64,000 nt of DNA from Bugula neritina (taxonomy: Eukaryota; Animalia; Bryozoa): positions 4,372,662-4,436,661 of the forward strand of contig OZ037770.1 of NCBI GenBank assembly GCA_964035545.1. Direction: 5' to 3'. The notes under the pieces were generated by a model, which saw only the letters and a list, made by a program, of their open reading frames with translations, had not been told where the DNA came from and ran no database searches. The translations under genes were made by a program, and so were the position numbers. Of the stretch, positions 1-12,967 are shown piece after piece (position 1 is the stretch's first letter; each line of letters opens with the position of its first letter).

Positions 1-899
1 GACTGAAGTTCTGCTTGTCGGTCGACCGACATTTCGAATGTCGGTTACTCAAAGCTTCGACATTCCAAATTTCAGCCAACACTTGGTCGAAGGTTCTAGA
101 ATGCCCTTCTGTGCTAGGACAAAAAGAGGCGCGTTTTAAGCTTGTAAATCACTTGAAGATTGGAGCTCTTATTGAAAGGAACTACACTGCATAAAAAATC
201 TGATTTTTATCGCACTACACAAGACTCTACTACCTCTTACTACTCGCAAGGAGTTATGTTCTCTGCCTGATTACATTCAAAACCCACAAGTTACTACAAT
301 ACTTTTGATCTCTTTTTGCAAAATTTAAATATGCTCATGTAGCAATCCGAAACAGTTATTCTACATATGTTGCTTATTTGCTTAAAATGTTAGTGTGCAT
401 GATATAACAATTGATAGATTTTAATTATAAACTTTTAGTTACCTTATCCTCATCACTGAAAACTTATTGCTTTGATGCATACATGCATGTATACTTTATA
501 ACAACTTTAGTTTGAAATAATTAGGAGGCTTCATAGCCAATGCTTTTGTTTTGTATACCCTCTAATTGTATTTCATTGAGTTATCTACCTATAATGCTTA
601 AAGGGCTTATAATGTAACCCATGGTATAACATTTAGAGTTATCTTTCCAATGTTAGAAGAGAAAATCAGAAATTTGTACCAAAAGATAATATGACAAAGA
701 ACTGATGGATGAATAGACATTGCGAAGACATTATATACGGTAGACAGCGGCTTGCTGTGTAATAAAATATTTAATTCTTGTAGTATAAAAAAGTCTAACA
801 TTATATTTAATTTTAGACTTAACCTCTTTTCAAATTACCAGGATAAAGTGATTATTGTTGTAGAATTAAAAGCTGCCCCACCCTTTTCATGGCTTACAC

Positions 900-1570
900 G
901 CATTTGTTATGAAAAATTGCCAATTTAAATAATGAATACTCGCCTCATTTTTTCTAGCTTTTTATATCAAGCATGTTTTGAATAATGCTTTTAAGCAGTA
1001 TAGTTAAACTTTTGTAAATTAGCTAACGCAACTGTCATATGATAAAACTTGATCTTAATGATATATTCTTGTATCTAGCTACTGAAAATATCTGTGGGTT
1101 CCTTTATTTTACTCTTTCTCTGTTATAGGTATTTTCAATGTTTTTATAAAGATTAGCTATAAACTAGTGAAGGTTGCTTTTTTCATGCAATGAGAAAATT
1201 ATTAAACAATTTGTCTTATTATATATATAGTCATCATGAATAGAAATAAGTAAAATCATAACAATCAAGTGTGGATTTATAAATATTATTAAATTGTTAT
1301 AGCGAAATAATAACCTAAAATTACACAGTTTTAAGTTATTGAACGTCACTTTATAGTTCAAAAGTTTAATTATCTTGTCCCAAAATCAATATATTCACTC
1401 TGAGAAAGTGCGTTGTCTTATAATGAAGAATGAAAATTTGCTTCTCAAACGATTTATGGGAAGCAGTATCATTTGAAATTTGATTCTTTTTGGCAAAATT
1501 TTATCTGAAACAAAGTACAATGGATAACAGCAGCATTATATGTGATGGCGTAATGGATTTATGTATAGGT
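900..1570 (+). pseudogene. Truncated paralogue of the GPCR at 45414: upstream region plus first ~16 codons ([19 protein letters not shown] at 1520)
   Basis: 1316-1568 aligns by eye to ~45211-45460 (ctaaaattacacagttttaagttattga...ttttatctgaaaca...atggataacagcagcatt); 905-975 resembles 44945-45012. Similarity ends just before the (TA)n tract at 1586. Confidence 0.8.
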
Positions 1571-1582
1571 AAAATGACCCAT

Positions 1583-1845
<263 letters not shown>

Positions 1846-1882
1846 CTGAGGAAAAGAGCAATTTAATTATATAGATGTTGTT

Positions 1883-1935
1883 TTATTGTACTACTAATAG
1901 TTTCATGCCTCTTCGGCACTCCTCAGGCACAATAA
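1883..1935 (-). ncRNA. Minimal type I hammerhead ribozyme in the Penelope 3' pseudo-LTR
   Basis: Minus strand reads TTATTGTGC-CTGAGGA-GTGCC gaaga GGCAT-GAAA-CT att AG-TA^GTACAATAA: core CUGANGA/GAAA, 9-bp stem I, 5-bp stem II, very short stem III, GUA cleavage triplet. Confidence 0.88.
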
Positions 1936-2185
1936 TATTGACAAATTTAAATTTTTACATTAAGAATATCAAAATGCTAAACACAAGGTAAAACGTAACA
2001 AAAACATAGCAGTGGCTGTATTGTTATATAGGTTTGTAGGTGTAAATTAATATATAAAAACCATAATGTAATGTAAAAACATAATTTATAGCAGATGCAT
2101 GAAGTTTTTGTTGGGTGACTATTCTCTATGGGTATTTGTATATTATTTACTATAGTACTTAAAATATAAATAGGCTACAGAGTTT

Positions 2186-3914
2186 CTAGGTTTTGTGGTT
2201 GCACAGTAAGAATTTTTTTGAGTGTCGGCAGGTTGATAAGAGTTCGTTTCGCTTGTTTAAAGTACACGTGTTAGGTTTGTATAAAATAAAGAAACATTCC
2301 CATAAGCATAAATTACACCTTTTGGTAGTTGTGTTGTATGGTTTCGCTTTTCTTAATATTTTCCAGCTTATGTTGTGCTTAATGTTTTTGTTAGTTAGTT
2401 GCCAAATGTGTTTGCTAAGTTCTGTTTGATTTGCTTTCTCCTTGTTTTTAAATGATGATCTGTGGTTTGCGTATCTTAGTTTGAACGGTCCTTCACTTAG
2501 GCCAATGTATGTTGCAGGCTCGTTTTCGGTAGTTTCCACAGTTGCTTGGTATATAACTCTGCTCTCCTGGCAGCTTCCTTTCAGCGGACAACTTTCTTTT
2601 TCTCTACAGTTGCAGTTTTTTCTGGGGGTTTTGTTTTGTTGCTTCTGTTTCTCTAATAGTCTGTTATTGTGGGCATTTATGGTCTGTTTTATGTTTGGCA
2701 TGCAGCTGTAGCTAACCTTTATAGTGTTTTTGTTGATTATTTTATAGAGTGGGTGTTGTTTTGGAAATTCCTCATTCATGATTTTAAAGAAGATTTTTGC
2801 AATTCTTGTGGTTACATGTTGGCTGTATGGTGGATTGTACCAAACAACTTTTCTTTTTCGGTTTCGAGATTTCTGTTGTGTGTTGTTTGTTTGGGTTCTT
2901 GGTAGGAATTGTAGTTGGTGTTTGTAGCCACTTTGGTTTAGGAGGTTTTAGTGGTTGTAGGTGGATTGTGTGAAAATTTTCTCGTTAGATGATATTGACG
3001 ACAGTCGTTTATTAACGGACGAGGGTAGGTTGGAGATTATGCTTGCTGGGTGGTTGGATTTGTTATGAATATATTTAGTAGAACTGTTTGGCTTAGTTTA
3101 TGGTGTGTAGGTTTTATTGTTTAGGTTGAGTGTGGTGTCTAAGAAGTTAATAATTTTTTTATTTGCTTCGATTGTTATTTTTAATCCATTTTCAGAAAAT
3201 ATTTTGCAGATGTCCTTTTTTATGTTCTCTATTTATCTGGGTGTTTTGTCAGAGACTCCTAAGCCGTCATCTCTGTACAGGCCGAAGTTTTTGCCATGTT
3301 TTAGTGTTATTGAGTTTAAAATGTAAGCCCCAACTAATTCGCATGTTTCTGCGCCGTCGTATCCTCCCATTGTAACGTCGAAGAGGTTGTGGTTATGTTT
3401 TCCCCATGCCTTTCCAGAGTTGAAGAGTAGTGAATTTTTGGCATGTATAATTATTTCACTTTCATCTTTGCTAATTGTATCAAATTCCGATGCAAAAATT
3501 AGAGCGTTTTCAAGTAGGCTTTTTGAAATTGAAGGGTAAAAGTCTATGACGTCAAATGAAATAAATGTCTGTTGATGTTTGTTGTTAATTCCTTCAAATC
3601 ATTTTATTACATCATTGGTGTTTTTCCATTAGTTTAGGTGTGTGTTTGTGAGAATTTTGTTATTTATTCGGTCTAATATTTTCTTACTAATCTTTCCTAT
3701 CTCTGGTTTGCAGGGGTTTATGAGGCGGCAACTTGGTTTATTTGTAAAATTGTCCTTGTGATCTTTCAGTGTGATGAAAGCTTCTTGCTCACTAGTTGTA
3801 GTGACTCTGTCCATAAGGTCTAGTTTGTTAACAATTTGGTTTGTTTTAGTTTTGATTTTGTCTATTGTGTGTTTGCTTACCTTCTTGTATGTCTTGGTGA
3901 TGCTGTCTTGGAGC
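2186..3914 (-). pseudogene. Penelope RT/GIY-YIG polyprotein, inactivated by 4 in-frame TAA stops
   Basis: ORFs 3629-3973 and 2186-2779 are in the same frame, and hand translation between them gives the RT core. Confidence 0.9.
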
Positions 3915-4025
3915 ATATATATAATTAAATTGCTCTTTTCCTCAATAATATAATTGCTCATTATTATACACATAATAATTTGAGCACTTTTTTATCGCTG
4001 TTTTTTAAAAATCTCACGATACAAT

Positions 4026-4028
<3 letters not shown>

Positions 4029-4099
<71 letters not shown>

Positions 4100-4144
4100 G
4101 AATATATATATATACATATACATATATATATATATATATATATA
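4029..4144. repeat. (TA)n microsatellite
   Basis: Direct dinucleotide run. Confidence 0.97.
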
Positions 4145-4150
4145 CCTCAA

Positions 4151-4197
4151 TCTGTGGACAGCAGCTGTTTCGGGGTTTGTCCCCTCATCAGCACAGA
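4151..4197 (-). ncRNA. Type I hammerhead ribozyme
   Basis: TCTGTG-CTGATGA-GGGG acaaa CCCC-GAAA-CAG ctg CTG-TC^CACAGA: canonical core, stems I-III, GUC cleavage. Confidence 0.93.
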
Positions 4198-4647
4198 ACA
4201 GAGTACCATGGCCCACACCTTCGCAATAGTAGAAACTTATGTTTCTACTAAAGCATATTTAAAAGGTGTGTAAACTCAAGCCAGAGAGCTCAAGTGACTC
4301 TAGGGGTCACCTAAGAGTCACGAGCCTTGCAAAATGCTAGCAGCTTGAGTTTGTGACCATGGTGAGAGAGCTCAATCACTGAATGTCATTGCTGAGCATT
4401 AAGTGAGCATAATACCTAAATCTGTGAGTACCATGGCCCACACCTTCGCAATAGTAGAAACTTATGTTTCGACTAAAGCATATTTAAAAGGTGTGTAAAC
4501 TCAAGCCAGAGAGCTCAAGTGACTCTAGGGGTCACCTAGGAGTCACGAGCCTTGCAAAATGCTAGCAGCTTGAGTTTGTGACCATGGTGAGAGAGCTCAA
4601 TCACTGAATGTCATTGCTGAGCATTAAGTGAGAGCATAATACCTTAA

Positions 4648-4694
4648 TCTGTGGACAGCAGCTGTTTCAGGGTTTGTCCCCTCATCAGCACAGA
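4648..4694 (-). ncRNA. Type I hammerhead ribozyme (second copy)
   Basis: Same as 4151-4197 with one G-C to G-U change in stem II. Confidence 0.9.
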
Positions 4695-4771
4695 ACAGAG
4701 TACCATGGCCCACACCTTCGCAATAGTAGAAACTTATGTTTCTACTAAAGCATATTTAAAAGATGTGTAAA

Positions 4772-4907
<136 letters not shown>

Positions 4908-5639
4908 ACTTGGGAACATAATATTGTGGCAATGAAATTCAAACACTACACAATGCAGCTTAAGCATGGAGTTAGTCCTGTTTGTTCAACTTCTTTGTAC
5001 TGAAGGTGTATTCTCTAAAGTGTCTATTTGACAAATGAGTCACTGTTGCCAGTCCTAAACTAAGTTATTATAGAGCTATTATTTTACATAGTCAATAGAC
5101 TGAATATTTTGCAGACTTCTCCCGGAAACAGCTTCCTAGCTGAAATATTACGCCAATCCCACATCAATTCCAGGTAAGTTAGAGTTGCTTTAACATCACA
5201 TTCAGTAAAAACACTGCAGGCATTGTTGCTTCAATATTAAAATTATGCAGCTCTTCACTGTTTCATTTTACCGACCGGCAATATTTAAAGCTAACAACTG
5301 TGAACTGTAGCCTAATCAGTTTTTAGAACTTCTTATGAAACTTCAGCTAGTGTATTTGCCTAACCTTTATTTATTGTAGTAGTTTTGTGGGTAGAATGCA
5401 GTTTATGTGGAACGCATAACTCCAGTATAATGAGAACAAGATGTGGTAGTTATCTCGAGTGAATAAATTTTTGTTGGTAGAGTAGTAACTCGGCAAAAGT
5501 AGTCATGATAAGGCAAGCTCTATAATAGTAGACTGATTCTACACTGAAGCTCGTCTTTTTTACAAGAAAAAGGTTTTTTGTTCTCATTCTGTCTGAAAAT
5601 CGGAGCTCGAATATTGGCACCTTCCAATAATTGGATGGC

Positions 5640-5758
5640 GACATCGAAACCTGCTCCGATGTCAGAGCTCGATAACCGGCAATTTCTGACTTTCAGACAG
5701 GATTAAATTACATAATCGCGTTTACATAAAATTTTAAAAAAATGCATGAAAATATAAA
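5640..5758 (+). repeat. Dispersed repeat (probable non-autonomous DNA-element fragment), copy 1
   Basis: Similar to 6991-7143 (acatcg...ccgatgtca...cgataa..ggcaatt...gactttca.acaggat...ttacataatcg.gtttacataaa). Confidence 0.7.
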
Positions 5759-6444
5759 GGTAATTTTACTTAATTCAGTACACATTCGAAAACTCCAGTC
5801 AATTTAGCTATTTTTCCCAATTTAGCTGCTAATATATATGGGTTTTGTTTAAAACTATTAACATGTCAATAAATACAACTAAGTAGTCAAAATTATTTTG
5901 AATTTTGCTTGCTTTCCCATGTTTTTTTTAATTATTTAGCTAATTTGGGTTTGCAGACCGTTATACGGTTTTTTCGTAACAGTAGCACATAAATAATATT
6001 AGATGCATATGACAGTAACATGTGCTTCATGTTGGGGAATCCCCTCCCAGCCTTTTCTGTTACGCATAATTAGAACCAGCACACAAAAACCATCACTTAT
6101 AGTAAATTTCAATGAATTTTGAGCAAACTTTAATGTTAGGTCATAATTTGCTGGTGTGTACAAAATGAAGTAAACTGACTCATTATAACTCTACTAGGAT
6201 AAAGGTGCATGAAAAGATAAATCTAATATAACATTCGTATTTCCAACACACACACCCACAATCGGATACCCTGGTTTCCAATAAGAAAACTAAGGGGAAA
6301 AACCAATTTAAAAACTATATTTATAAATAATAAACAGCTATAAGACATATAAAAAAATTGAATTGCACACAGAAGAAAATTGCAATAAAATATAAACACA
6401 CCACACACCCATCACCATATATGTAAGATAAAATAAAATATTGC

Positions 6445-6810
6445 CATAAGTGTCGGCGGCTGCCGTCATGGTGTTTTAGATGTCATCTCTTTCTCGTATC
6501 GCCTCGTTTGGCAGTGCAGGGGCAAAACCAATCCTCTTCTAGTGGGCAGGTCAGCCAGTGGTCTGAGTTTTACCGTGGTATGGGGACGCTGGTCCGTGTT
6601 CTTCTTGTCCGCCTCTGCAGGCCAGGAGTCTAGGTCCATAGCATTGAACCTGGAGTCCTCACTTACTTTTGCCGGCACAACTTGAAGTGGCTGGATGGCC
6701 GCCGGTTGGAAGGCAGTGGCGGGTTTGAGGTTCTCCTTCCTTAAGGACCGACATGTCCTAAACCCATGAAGAGAGCTGCCCGTTTGTGAGAGTCTCCAAT
6801 GTGTGACAGA
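6445..6810 (-). mobile_element. Possible decayed 3' fragment of an RTE-like LINE
   Basis: GC-rich island; minus-strand peptide remnants LETL, LGHV, RRPS and MDLDSW occur in the order seen at RTE C-termini. Heavily degenerate. Confidence 0.35.
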
Positions 6811-6990
6811 ATTAAGTCCCTAAACTTCAAAAATATGGCCTCATCGACCACAAATGTATGGCCCGTGTGGCAGCGTTCTATGCACTGACGATGCAGCACA
6901 TAGTCACACTAGTAAAAAGTATGCGCCACACGGCCAGAATACATTGGCAAAATGCTGCGGGACAAGTACAACCAGCCGTCAAGGGAACCC

Positions 6991-7143
6991 AACATCGGAA
7001 ATTGGTCCGATGTCAAAGCCCGATAATTGGCAATTGCCGACTTTCAAACAGGATCGAGTTACATAATCGTGTTTACATAAAATAATATAAAAATAAAGTG
7101 CATGAAAAGATAACTTTAATATAAAATTTGTATTTCCACCACA
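6991..7143 (+). repeat. Dispersed repeat, copy 2 (its 3' part also recurs at ~6205-6250)
   Basis: Visible alignment with 5640-5758 and 6205-6250. Confidence 0.7.
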
Positions 7144-7542
7144 TTATGTTGCATAATTTGAAATAAAAGTGTGTGCATTGAATAAAAACCAGTCAGCACC
7201 ATTCCGAAGTGCAAGGGACACTTTTTTATGTAATGTAACTAATAAAAAGCAAAGCAAGCTAATTATAGATCGAGGCAAATGAGCCCAGGTTATGTCGAAA
7301 TGACCAAAAGTAAATCTCAAGAATGACAACTTCCGATTTTACCAGTTTTGAGTGCGTGATAGTGCTGTGCTGAAAAAAAATGTATTTCTAATTTGTGTGC
7401 AGCCAGAAATTCACAAAACATAATATTGTGTCACAAAATAAATATTCTCAATTCTCTTTAGATAGTGTAAACTTATTGAATTGGTGAAATCAGTACACTC
7501 ATTCAAATTTCCGAGTCTACTTGTATTTGATGATACTGATTC

Positions 7543-8060
7543 ATAGACAACAGCAGCATTTTCTGTATTTATATCACTAATTTATTTGTCGTTTTTTGCC
7601 ATAAAGTAATTATGTTTATATAAAAAAGAATGATGTTTTGTTTTGTTCCTGAAAAATTTAAAGAAGGTTAGATGCAACTTAAAACAGGATATACTCATTT
7701 ATCTAAATATCTGCAAACATTGGTATATATGATGTTGTAACCTGCTCTGCTTTCTCTCTGGTAGTCAACTTTGAGTTGAACAGACTAATTGTAACCTTCC
7801 CAGCTGTTGGTTCCCAGATCCTTCAACCTGTAGTCACTATATCTTCAGTTGTTTCGTTTGTTGCTAGAGATTTTGTCTTAGTCATTGACAGCTGTGAACA
7901 ATATGCATCTGTATGTTATCCTTGTCAAGTGAACACTAACAAAAATAGTTACTAACATGAACTACTTGAGCTTAGTTTAAATAATTTGTTTCAGCCTTTA
8001 TCCTTTGCTATTTTTACAGGTTTCACAGGCTATTGCTTCAGCAAGTTTGGAGCTCTGCGA
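7543..8060 (+). pseudogene. Decayed paralogue of the 45414 GPCR (N-terminus to about ECL2)
   Basis: Starts ATA GAC AAC AGC AGC ATT (lost ATG). Contains ANIGIYDVVTCSAFSLVVNFELNRLIVTFPAVGSQILQPVVTISSVVSFVARDFVLVIDSCEQYASVCYPCQVNTNK and YCFSKFGAL, collinear with VNIGKCDTVTGCTFSL...NYERYISICRPLQVNANK and LCFGGFGAL. Frameshifts and stops present. Confidence 0.88.
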
Positions 8061-11000
8061 TATGAGACTAATAATATATGCAATAAGTTAAGCTTTCACT
8101 TGCTAGATTAGTGATAATTGGATATGTCACTTTCATCTTCTGCTTATTAAATGTTTGGGAAGAATTGAAGAGAATGCAATAAAGAAATACAGTTACTACA
8201 TGACAATTTATACAATTAAATTTTAATTTGATTTTATTTATATATGTATTTATGACTTCAGGTTATTTTGTTTATGTGAGGAATATGCTAAATTTAAAAA
8301 AGGCATAAATTGGGCCATTTTAAATTTTATTTTAGGATTGAAAAAGTCATCTAGAAATTTTAAATCATTTTTATTGTTTCTAGCAACATTGCAAATCACG
8401 ATCACAGCAATCACAGTTGGCTGAAACTTTGTTTATAAAAGTCTGTCGGTGTTGTTAAACAGTTTATCTTATTGATTTTGCACAGAAGGATTAGAAACCA
8501 TTTATTGTATAGTGTAGTATAAAATAGACATAGTATAAAGATAAGCAATAGATTTCAAACTAATAATTTATGGTATCATTTCGAAAAAAAGAATTCAATT
8601 AAACATAAAACGTAACTGAAAAGGCTTTAACTACACCTATAGAGCCAAGGAGAGTCAATGAAGATAAAAATTGAGTAGAAATTGCAAAGAAAAGAAAGGT
8701 AAAATTAAAGCTACTAAAATTTGGTCCATATATGTATGTTAACAATTTCTATCTTGATAGAAAATTGATATTTAATAATTCACTCATAAAAATGAACTCG
8801 TTATAGTTACCTAAACTATCTGATAGAAAGTTGCTTTACAACAACATGTGTTAATTCAATTGACAAATCGAAAGAAATTGAAAAGCTATGATTGATGCAT
8901 TTTATAGTTGAACTAGAATAGTTGTTTATTAGACATGCAATGTTAAGGAACTCACTTTGTTGAGTGCGTTCACTGTGATCAAAACAATCTCATTTCAGTA
9001 TTTTTTTAGCAGTTTTATGTAGGAATTGGTATAAATTTTATTTTGCACTTGATGGCTGTGTTTTGATATTATTTTCAGTACAAAAAGGCTTGCAAGAAAT
9101 ATAGATACACACACAGATATAGAAGGTCATGGTGGTGGCTTAGAGCTGCGTTCCACAGGATTGCAGAAGGAGAAATTGAAGTATGATAACAATTATTTTT
9201 GATCTAACCATGCATGCAGTAATCAGTACTTTACTTATTGCAGCTGGTGCTAGTAGTGAATTAAACTGCAGATTTTCTCAAATAAAAGTTATATTTTGTG
9301 CCTATACCAAGTTGAAGAAAAATGAGTTCTAATTGGAACTCCCATAAGCAATAAATTTTCCTGCATCGAACTAGTTGTGAAGTGTACGTAGAACTAGTGC
9401 GCATCATGACATAACGTCAATGATACCATATTTCTTAGTTTACCAATTGGTCTATAACTAACATTCAATTGCTTACATCTTGGAACGTAATGTTTTGATA
9501 ATTCTATAAATATTTCAAAATATTTTGAAAATTTTTCATCAACTTCTATTGATTTGTAAAGAGAAGTGTGATTTGATAACTTATTGTTGCAGTTATTTGC
9601 TTTTATTTGCGTTGCATACATATATAACATTGAGTTGAGTGTTATTGGATTGCCTTTTATTTTTATTCTTATATATAACTCATAATTTCAAAACATTATA
9701 GTGGAAAGAACCGCAGAAAACTTTGCTAATGTGAAGATACTTTTGTATAAAACAAAAAATAAGTTTGAATCTTCATAGGTAGCATCCGTAGTCTCCAAAC
9801 ATGCTTCTTTTACAATATAGTTTTGCACAACAGTCGCTGGATGCTTTACATCTCACTGAAAGCAAAATAAAAAATTTATTACTATTGAATTTGAATTTCA
9901 CTTTTATTTGCAAAAAACATTTATTAGTTAAACACCAAATGGAGTAAAAGCCTAAATAATATTATAGTACTTACCACTCCATTTTAGACATGAACTTTTA
10001 TAATAGTCTACAAGTATCTTTACTGGTATTATAAACCTAGATGAGAAAACTGTAAAAATAGCAAATAGGCTAATGTTTATGAGGAATTTTTATAAAATGA
10101 AAACAATTTTTTCTTATATTTAGTATTTGTAATAATATTTCAATATATATATACGACTAAAAGCTAAGGAATCCTGTCTAAAAATGAATTTTGAGCAATG
10201 AGTTGTATATTGCTATTCAGACGCTGCTAAAAATATGATAATCGTTTGGCATATTTGAAACAAAAACCTGAAAGCTCTGATTTGCAAACTTACGGGGCAA
10301 GAGGGTGACCCAAAATTTTTCTTTGTCTTGGCAAAAACTCAGGCTCTAAAAAATATATAGGTAGGACAGTTTTTTAATTTTAGGCAATAATTTCGGCAAT
10401 CTGTGCAACCAAAATATACATACATGAAAAGGCTACATAGGTTAGACATAACTTTTGTGATGCATAAGTTTGAGGCAATAAATTATAATTGTATAATATT
10501 GTAATAAACCCAAATAATCAAACAGAGCAGATTTTGATATAGCAACAATGATCAGAATTATTTTGCCAACGAAAATATTGAAATATTGCTGAGAAATAAG
10601 ATTTGTTACCTCTAGTTTATTCCTCATTCAGATCATATTGCCCAAAATTATTGAGCAAAAAATCTAATAAAGTCAAAAATAATAAAATATTTTTAAATGC
10701 ATTTTGTATTTTGTAAAAAAAATTCCTAATTTTTATGGTTTGAGAAATTTTACAAAAATACAGTATATTTCAGAAAATTTTGATGACAGATTCAAAATAA
10801 AATTTGTTGATATACTGAGAAAACATTATAAACAAATAAAGCATTCAACAGCTTCAAAATTTAGAACTCAAATATCTTGATCTACACTCTTATAAAAACC
10901 AAAATTAGGCAGCATAATTTATGGCTTGTCAAAAAAGGCAAAAATTTTTCAATAAAAAAATGGTCAACTACTAAAATAGAACTCACCTATGAGCTGCTCA

Positions 11001-11984
11001 GCCATTAGAGTTTTATTAAAAGCAAGTCCCAGTAAAACTGCTACAGATAATAACAACAATAAGCTAGAATTCATTGTGTGCAAAGCTAAATCCACCTTCT
11101 CTAGCAATCATAAAAACAAACTGTGCCATAAAAATGAAATGATTGAAAGGTGCACCTGGTGATACTATCAAGATTTATCTGCCAAAATAAAAACTAAAAA
11201 TATTAGTATGTTTGTATATATAACCTTTTATTGTTCTAAAAAACTTGGTATTACTTGGTATCTGTCAAAAGCTCAACAAAGTTTGAAGTGAAAAAAACTA
11301 AAAAATATAGTTTTGCTCAATTGAGGATATCATATTTGGGCTCATTATAATGCTTTGAATACAGTAATGATGGATAAACCATTTCAGATGTATTTTTGAA
11401 ATAGTGCAAATAAGAATATACTAAAAATATAAAAAAACATCTGTCATTCAAGTCATCAGAAATTACTGCGACTTAGTAACTATTGTTGATTCAAATATAC
11501 TACTCTTCTAAGAAGCGTATAAGTGAAATTGTACATATGGCTAAAGCATGGTTTAGCTTGCACTAAAATGGAACAAATGAAAATTGTAACTTTTCTAAAA
11601 CTTCTAATAATGCAATATTGTTAATGATCACAATGCCTGCAAAGTGGGCTACTTAAATAAGTTCTAAATTTTTTTACTTGTAACTCAAAATAAGAGATTA
11701 ATTGCAGCACACCTTAATATAAAAAAATCATTTAAACAAGCAACCAACTTAAATAGAAGCTATAACAAACTGACGACAGTTATAGCAGTATAATGCACTA
11801 TTGCCAGTAACTAAGTGCTAAAAGGCAATAGAAGCACATATCAACTGGCTGCTAAGCATGTAAATTACAGTCAAAACATACTATAACTTAGAAAACTGTA
11901 TAGTGTAATGATATACAATGTAAACAGATATGTGTGTATTAACGCATGCACAAGATTATTGTTCTCCAACATTTTTTCAGTTCA

Positions 11985-12081
11985 ATGAAAGTTGTGAAAA
12001 CGTTGTGTTTTATAATCTCTTGAAACACCATCATAGTGGTTATCAAAATCCCGCTACCTGGTGAGGACAAAGTGGAGATAG
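11985..12081 (+). pseudogene. Possible degenerate signal-peptide exon of a secreted-peptide gene
   Basis: MKVVKTLCFIIS*NTIIVVIKIPLPGEDKVEI then G|gtaag; phase-1 donor and size resemble exon 1 of the knottin gene 1 kb downstream. Internal TGA. Confidence 0.35.
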
Positions 12082-12861
12082 GTAAGAGCAGATGAGAAAT
12101 ATTGTTTATCAAAATATACAAACTTTTAGACCTTTTTCGTTGGATATCAAAACAATAAATTTAACATTTGAAAAGCACATTAAGTTACTAGTTACTCAGT
12201 TTTGCGTAGTAATAAGAAAAAGTATACTTTTTAAGCTTTGTTAAAGCACAAACTATATTTGACCAATGTGAACTGAGCACATTTCAAGAGTATTCAGAAT
12301 AATGAAGTTTGATTAAAGCTCTGTCTAAAAATTCAATCACTCAATCAATCGTAATTCATTTCAACTACTTTTGAAGCTCAAACACTAAACAAAGATTGCC
12401 ATTGATTGGTACAAATCGATACAGGGTGTGTAAGTGAAAGCACAAATCAACTCTTAATTCTTCTTAGTGTCATACGTTATAAAGAAACTAGAAGTGGGCG
12501 CTGATAAGAAATCAAAATGTTATATTTGCAAAAAGTTCCCATTTTATGCGCAATACAAGTAAATAAACACTGTTTCTCAATAAAAGTTGGCTACAAACAA
12601 AATGGGCTTTAATGAAAACTCAACTAATTATAGTCTACTGTAACTACCAACAATGTCAATGATATTTTTTTCCTGTGTCTAAATACAAAAGCCCTTATTT
12701 ACAGTAACTATTATAGTGTTATCAATTTATTTGGATGTTGCGTTTCACTTTTTTAAAAATAGAATGATAAGATCAGAAACTATCATGTTGGTTAAATTTT
12801 AATTACTATGAGCATTGTTTGACGGAAAAAAAGGCTATATATAGCTACAATTGTCTATAGA

Positions 12862-12913
12862 TTTTGCTTATAGACAGACACAGGTTTTGCTTATAGACAG
12901 ACACTATATAAAC
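12862..12913 (+). promoter_or_regulatory. Tandem 20-bp duplication (ttttgcttatagacagacac x2) followed by a TATA-like tatataaa upstream of the knottin gene
   Basis: Direct repeat visible; TATA-like motif ~60 bp upstream of ATG 12968. Confidence 0.4.
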
Positions 12914-12967
12914 AAAGACAGTTAATTGATTCAATCATAAGTTTTAAAATTGGTAAACTGATTAACA

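Noticed and set aside
2186-3914. Selenocysteine-recoding Naiad element
   Set aside because: All four in-frame stops are TAA, not TGA, and the zinc-motif cysteines use normal Cys codons.
12370-12510. Degenerate knottin exons downstream of the 11985 signal-like exon
   Set aside because: Fragments such as IRYKETRSGR* are suggestive but need several assumed mutations.
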